This document shows positions 60,586 through 64,000 of a stretch of 64,000 nucleotides of DNA, piece after piece. The notes beneath the pieces are model-generated. The model worked only from the letters and a program-made list of their open reading frames with translations, was not told the DNA's origin and did not search any database. Positions within the stretch are counted from its first letter, which is position 1, and each line of letters starts with the position of its first letter. Made by a program: the position numbers and the translations under genes. Source of the DNA: a bacterium (GTDB lineage: Bacteria > Patescibacteriota > Patescibacteriia > Patescibacteriales > UBA12465); contig JAJZRB010000001.1 of the NCBI GenBank assembly GCA_021806615.1, positions 79,024 through 143,023 of the forward strand. Reading direction: 5' to 3'.

Positions 60586-60730
60586 TTGGATCCTCCGATT
60601 TTATATTGATTATGAAGTTAAAAAACTTATTTATTAAATGACGATTGACAATTAACACTTAATATTAGCACTTACCCCCAAAAAGTCCAGAGATAACCAG
60701 CTTCCTAGCACGGCTAATAAAAAAGCCGGT

Positions 60731-60946
60731 TTATACTTCCGGCAAAGTTTTGGGAAATAGGATATTGACTTTTTTTCTCAGTTCTTCGAAATATTTATAC
60801 CTATCTGGATTAGCGCATGATTGCGGCGCCTGATCGCGGATGAAAATTTCCACCCGGCAAGCTTGGCCGCAACGATAGCATAAATATTCTTGGAACACCC
60901 GTCCGTCATGAGCGATAATCCGCCCTTTGAGCCATTTATCTTCCAT
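60731..60946 (-). CDS. Small Cys-containing hypothetical protein
   Basis: 71 aa with a CYRCGQAC...C pattern suggesting a zinc ribbon; followed by a hairpin terminator GCCGG-9 nt-CCGGC with U-run. Confidence 0.35.
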   Translation of the reverse strand: MEDKWLKGRIIAHDGRVFQEYLCYRCGQACRVEIFIRDQAPQSCANPDRYKYFEELRKKVNILFPKTLPEV

Positions 60947-60990
60947 AACCTCTCCGATTCTTTTTAATTAAAAGAACAAATATGTATAAA

Positions 60991-62697
60991 TTATGAATAA
61001 GCTTGCTGCCGATATTCCCGTAAAACCCTGTCCGTATTGAAATAAGCGGCATTAATGCTAATAGTAGAGCGCATCATTTCTAGCCAGGCCTCGGGATCAT
61101 TATAATAGAGAGGGAGAATTTCTTTCTCGAGAATATCGTAAAGGCGGAATGAATCTTCCCGGTCTCTCTGATTTTTATTATTATGATTCTTTCCGATCGA
61201 TGGTATAGAATCGCCGGCCGCGGGCTCTGCGATCGCCCAGCCAGTCTTCTCTTGAACGCAGCCTTCCAGCCACCAGCCATCCAAGGTGCTTAGTTGAGGA
61301 ACGCCATTATGAGCGGCTTTCATGCCGCTTGTCCCTGAAGCTTCATTCGGCGGCAAAGGAGTATTCAGCCATAAATCAACGCCGGCGATGATAATTTTCG
61401 CTAGATCTAAATCGTAATTTTCAATAAAAGCTAATTTTATCTTATCGCGATATTTCTGTTTGATCTGATTGACGGCGGAAATTATTTCCTTCCCTTTTTG
61501 ATCGGCGGGGTGGGCTTTCCCGCTATATATGATCTGTATCTTACCCGCTCTCTCTTGGACGGATAAGAGGCGATCTAAATCTTGCAAAAGCAAGCCCGGT
61601 CTTTTATAAATAGCGAAGCGGCGCGCAAAACCGATAGTCAAGATATCTTCGGAGAAATCTAGCCCGGCTTTATCCTTGATCAAATCAATCAATGATCTTT
61701 TAGCCGCTTGATGCGCTCCTCTTATTTCCGCGAGCGGAATAGAGGATGCCCCGCGTAATAAATGATTTTCGTGGCGCCAGCCTGGAATAAATTTATCATA
61801 TAAAGATTTAAATTCCGGAGATGCCCAAGTCAGAGAATGGACTCCGTTGGTAACCGCCCGGATATGATAGCTGGGGAATATCAGGCTAGTTAATTGCTGG
61901 TGCTTTTTGGAAACCGCGTTAGCATAATTGCTGAAATAAAGGGCCAGCCTGATCATGTCCACTCGTCCGGCATCCAGAAGGCCGGGCAGATTTACCGGAA
62001 AATCAGACTGATATTTTAAGACGAGCGACGCGGAAAAAATATTACGGGCCGTACGCAATGGCGTATGGGTAGTAAAGACGCAGGTTTGCTTCGTATCCGC
62101 CAGACGTTCGGATTCGCTCCCTGCGCGGGAATTTAAAAAATGGGCTAAGGCCGCGAAAGCAGCATGCCCCTCATTGATATGGATCTTATCTATCTGATAG
62201 CCTAATACCTTTAAAATCTGCCAGCCGCCGCGACCCAAAACGATAGCCTGCAACAATCTGTATTCCTCATCTCCGCCATATAGGCGGCCGGTCAAGCCGC
62301 GGTATATCTCTGGATTTTCTGGAAATTTCGTATCTAAAAGATAGACCGGGACCTCTCCGCCGCCTTCCCCTCTGATAAGATAGCGCCAAACTCCCACTCG
62401 GACCTGATCCGAACCGATAATAATATCGGCGGTAACAGGCAATTTTTCCAAATGAGAAAAATCATATCCAAAAGATGGTGATTCTTCCTGCTCGCCGGCC
62501 TGATTAAAACGTTGTTCACAATAACCTTCATCGCTTAGCAAAGTAACTCCTACCATGGAGAATTTCTGATCAGCCGCTGAGCGTAAGATATCGCCGGCTA
62601 AAACGCCCAAGCCGCCCGAATAGGTCTTAATATTATTTTCTAAAGCTATTTCCATGCTGAAATAAGCGACTTGAGGAATAATTTTAGATCCAGGCAT
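60991..62697 (-). CDS. glgP: Alpha-glucan (glycogen/maltodextrin) phosphorylase, GT35 short form
   Basis: YFSMEIALENNIKTYSGGLGVLAGD N-terminal signature; 568 aa. Confidence 0.8.
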   Translation of the reverse strand: MPGSKIIPQVAYFSMEIALENNIKTYSGGLGVLAGDILRSAADQKFSMVGVTLLSDEGYCEQRFNQAGEQEESPSFGYDFSHLEKLPVTADIIIGSDQVRVGVWRYLIRGEGGGEVPVYLLDTKFPENPEIYRGLTGRLYGGDEEYRLLQAIVLGRGGWQILKVLGYQIDKIHINEGHAAFAALAHFLNSRAGSESERLADTKQTCVFTTHTPLRTARNIFSASLVLKYQSDFPVNLPGLLDAGRVDMIRLALYFSNYANAVSKKHQQLTSLIFPSYHIRAVTNGVHSLTWASPEFKSLYDKFIPGWRHENHLLRGASSIPLAEIRGAHQAAKRSLIDLIKDKAGLDFSEDILTIGFARRFAIYKRPGLLLQDLDRLLSVQERAGKIQIIYSGKAHPADQKGKEIISAVNQIKQKYRDKIKLAFIENYDLDLAKIIIAGVDLWLNTPLPPNEASGTSGMKAAHNGVPQLSTLDGWWLEGCVQEKTGWAIAEPAAGDSIPSIGKNHNNKNQRDREDSFRLYDILEKEILPLYYNDPEAWLEMMRSTISINAAYFNTDRVLREYRQQAYS

Positions 62698-62834
62698 AGG
62701 CGATTTTAATAAAAAAGCTGACAGATTATAGACCGATAATCACAACCACGCGTTCTATATGCTTGATTTTAACATCTCTTATAATATTTAGCTAATGAAA
62801 AGGACTCCGGCTTTGGGAGTCCTGCGGACGGTTT

Positions 62835-63038
62835 CTATTTAAGAATTGTCTGGGCCTTGTCCAAGGCCTCTTCTAGAGTCAGTCCTAATCTATCCATCGC
62901 TAGGACTAAATCCCTCTCCTCTTCCTCCGATACTGGCTGGTTCTGGAGTCGTTTGAGATTGACTCTTAATATCAGAAGAAGGAGTTTGTCTCGCTCGTCT
63001 TTATTGAGCTCTTTCGTGGTCTTCATAACCTTCTCCAT
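62835..63038 (-). CDS. Small helical hypothetical protein
   Basis: 67 aa, charged coiled-coil-like; overlaps the upstream gene by 38 nt in another frame. Confidence 0.35.
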   Translation of the reverse strand: MEKVMKTTKELNKDERDKLLLLILRVNLKRLQNQPVSEEEERDLVLAMDRLGLTLEEALDKAQTILK

Positions 63039-63501
63039 TTTGTTTACTAAACTTAATTATATCGGACACTGTCTTTTTAATAGCATAATTGCCATAGGCG
63101 ACCCTTCCTCCTTGCACTAAAGGTTCGATCCAGCTATTGTCCTTGCCATTCTTGAGCATTAAACGGGACAGAATATTGAAAGAATCTATAGTCGCATTGT
63201 GAATGCTGTGTCGCGCTTGATCGATATTCTCAAAACCGCTTTTATATTCTTCCTCAGAAAGCTTCCCGTCCTGATAATCTTGGAATAATTGATTGAATTG
63301 GCAGACGACGGCGGTATATTGATAACAATTAGCTTGCAGATCGTCAAAATACTTTTCTAATTGTTCATTGCCAGAGCAATCGCTCCATATCCTATCAAAA
63401 GTCGTCCGGATATTTTCTGCTTCTTGAGTGGCTGGCTGTTTTTGGACTAAGGTATCAACAGAATTTTTATTGCTTTCAATGAAATTACCGAGGGAAAACA
63501 T
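63001..63501 (-). CDS. Hypothetical protein
   Basis: 166 aa soluble protein with no recognised family. Confidence 0.4.
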   Translation of the reverse strand: MFSLGNFIESNKNSVDTLVQKQPATQEAENIRTTFDRIWSDCSGNEQLEKYFDDLQANCYQYTAVVCQFNQLFQDYQDGKLSEEEYKSGFENIDQARHSIHNATIDSFNILSRLMLKNGKDNSWIEPLVQGGRVAYGNYAIKKTVSDIIKFSKQNGEGYEDHERAQ

Positions 63502-63570
63502 AGTCTTTGGTTAAATATGATGCTAAATATGATATCAAAAAATGAATAAAATGTCAATAGCTACTATAAC

Positions 63571-64000
63571 TTATAGAGCTCTTATACCTAGTTTCTTTAA
63601 TTTTTTAGCTAATATAAAAAGAGGAAGCCCCATAGCCCCCATAAAATCACCCTCTATTTTCTTAATAATAACCGAACCCAGGCCTTGGATGGCAAAAGCG
63701 CCAGCTTTATCCATGGGTTCTCCGGAAGCGATATAATTATCTATTTCCGACCCGCTAAGGCTCTCAATATAGACTTTAGTGATATCGGTGATACTCATCT
63801 GCTTGTTGGCGGCTATATCAATAATCGTCAGGCCGGTTAAAATATCGACCCTCTTGCCGCTCAACTTTTTTAACATCTTCTTGGCCTCCGCCTTATTCTT
63901 AGGCTTGCCCAACAAATGATTGCCAAGAACTACGAAAGTATCGGCTCCGATGACTATCCCGTTCTTATGCTTTTTAGCCACGGCCATAGCTTTCCCGCGC
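63571..64000 (-). CDS. maf: Maf-like nucleoside triphosphate pyrophosphatase, C-terminal part (N-terminus lies beyond the window end)
   Basis: GADTFVVLGNHLLGKPKNKAEA...GAFAIQGLG pattern of Maf/Ham1-like septum formation protein. Confidence 0.7.
   Translation of the reverse strand, partial: RGKAMAVAKKHKNGIVIGADTFVVLGNHLLGKPKNKAEAKKMLKKLSGKRVDILTGLTIIDIAANKQMSITDITKVYIESLSGSEIDNYIASGEPMDKAGAFAIQGLGSVIIKKIEGDFMGAMGLPLFILAKKLKKLGIRAL

Overview
This is a gene-dense window of about 64 kb, roughly 90% coding, from what looks like a small, streamlined bacterial genome of moderate GC. The genes are almost all housekeeping functions.

- **Glycogen metabolism:** a partial GH57 at the window start, glgA, and a distant glgP.
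- **DNA repair and replication:** ruvC, polA, holA, an EndoQ-like PHP nuclease, and recA.
- **Peptidoglycan:** ddl, a membrane-anchored MurF-like ligase, murD, murI, a LysM-M23 endopeptidase, and a split OatA-like acyltransferase_3 + SGNH pair.
- **Translation and RNA metabolism:** rpsT, rpsO, an NYN-domain protein, pnp, rpsP, a KH protein, trmD, infB, rbfA, nrnA, rny, hup, rnc, nusB, rpmF, ftsH and rpsA.
- **tRNAs:** three loci — Ala; Ile, initiator-like Met, Phe and Pro; Arg(TCG), Met/Ile2(CAT) and Lys.
- **rRNA:** a 23S-5S operon on the minus strand with no 16S anywhere in the window.
- **Other:** an orphan pilT, and a 7.6-kb glycosylation/export locus (GT-C-like membrane protein, polyprenyl-P-sugar-type GT2, GT4, GT8, GT2, Wzm/Wzt-like ABC exporter).

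I found no CRISPR array, transposase, integrase, phage genes or obvious toxin-antitoxin pair.

The most unusual observations:
1. An NYN/PIN-like nuclease gene sits between rpsO and pnp, upstream of a long pnp-leader hairpin.
2. A secreted protein carries a textbook T9SS C-terminal sorting domain with no T9SS machinery nearby.
3. An EndoQ-like gene precedes recA on the same strand.
4. The MurF-like ligase has its N-terminal domain replaced by transmembrane helices.
5. Ribosomal and RNA-processing proteins carry charged low-complexity tails (S15, S16, KH protein, PNPase, S1, RecA).

Coordinates of RNA genes and small motifs are hand-derived and approximate to about ±5 nt. Functional calls rest on remembered family signatures; no database search was run.
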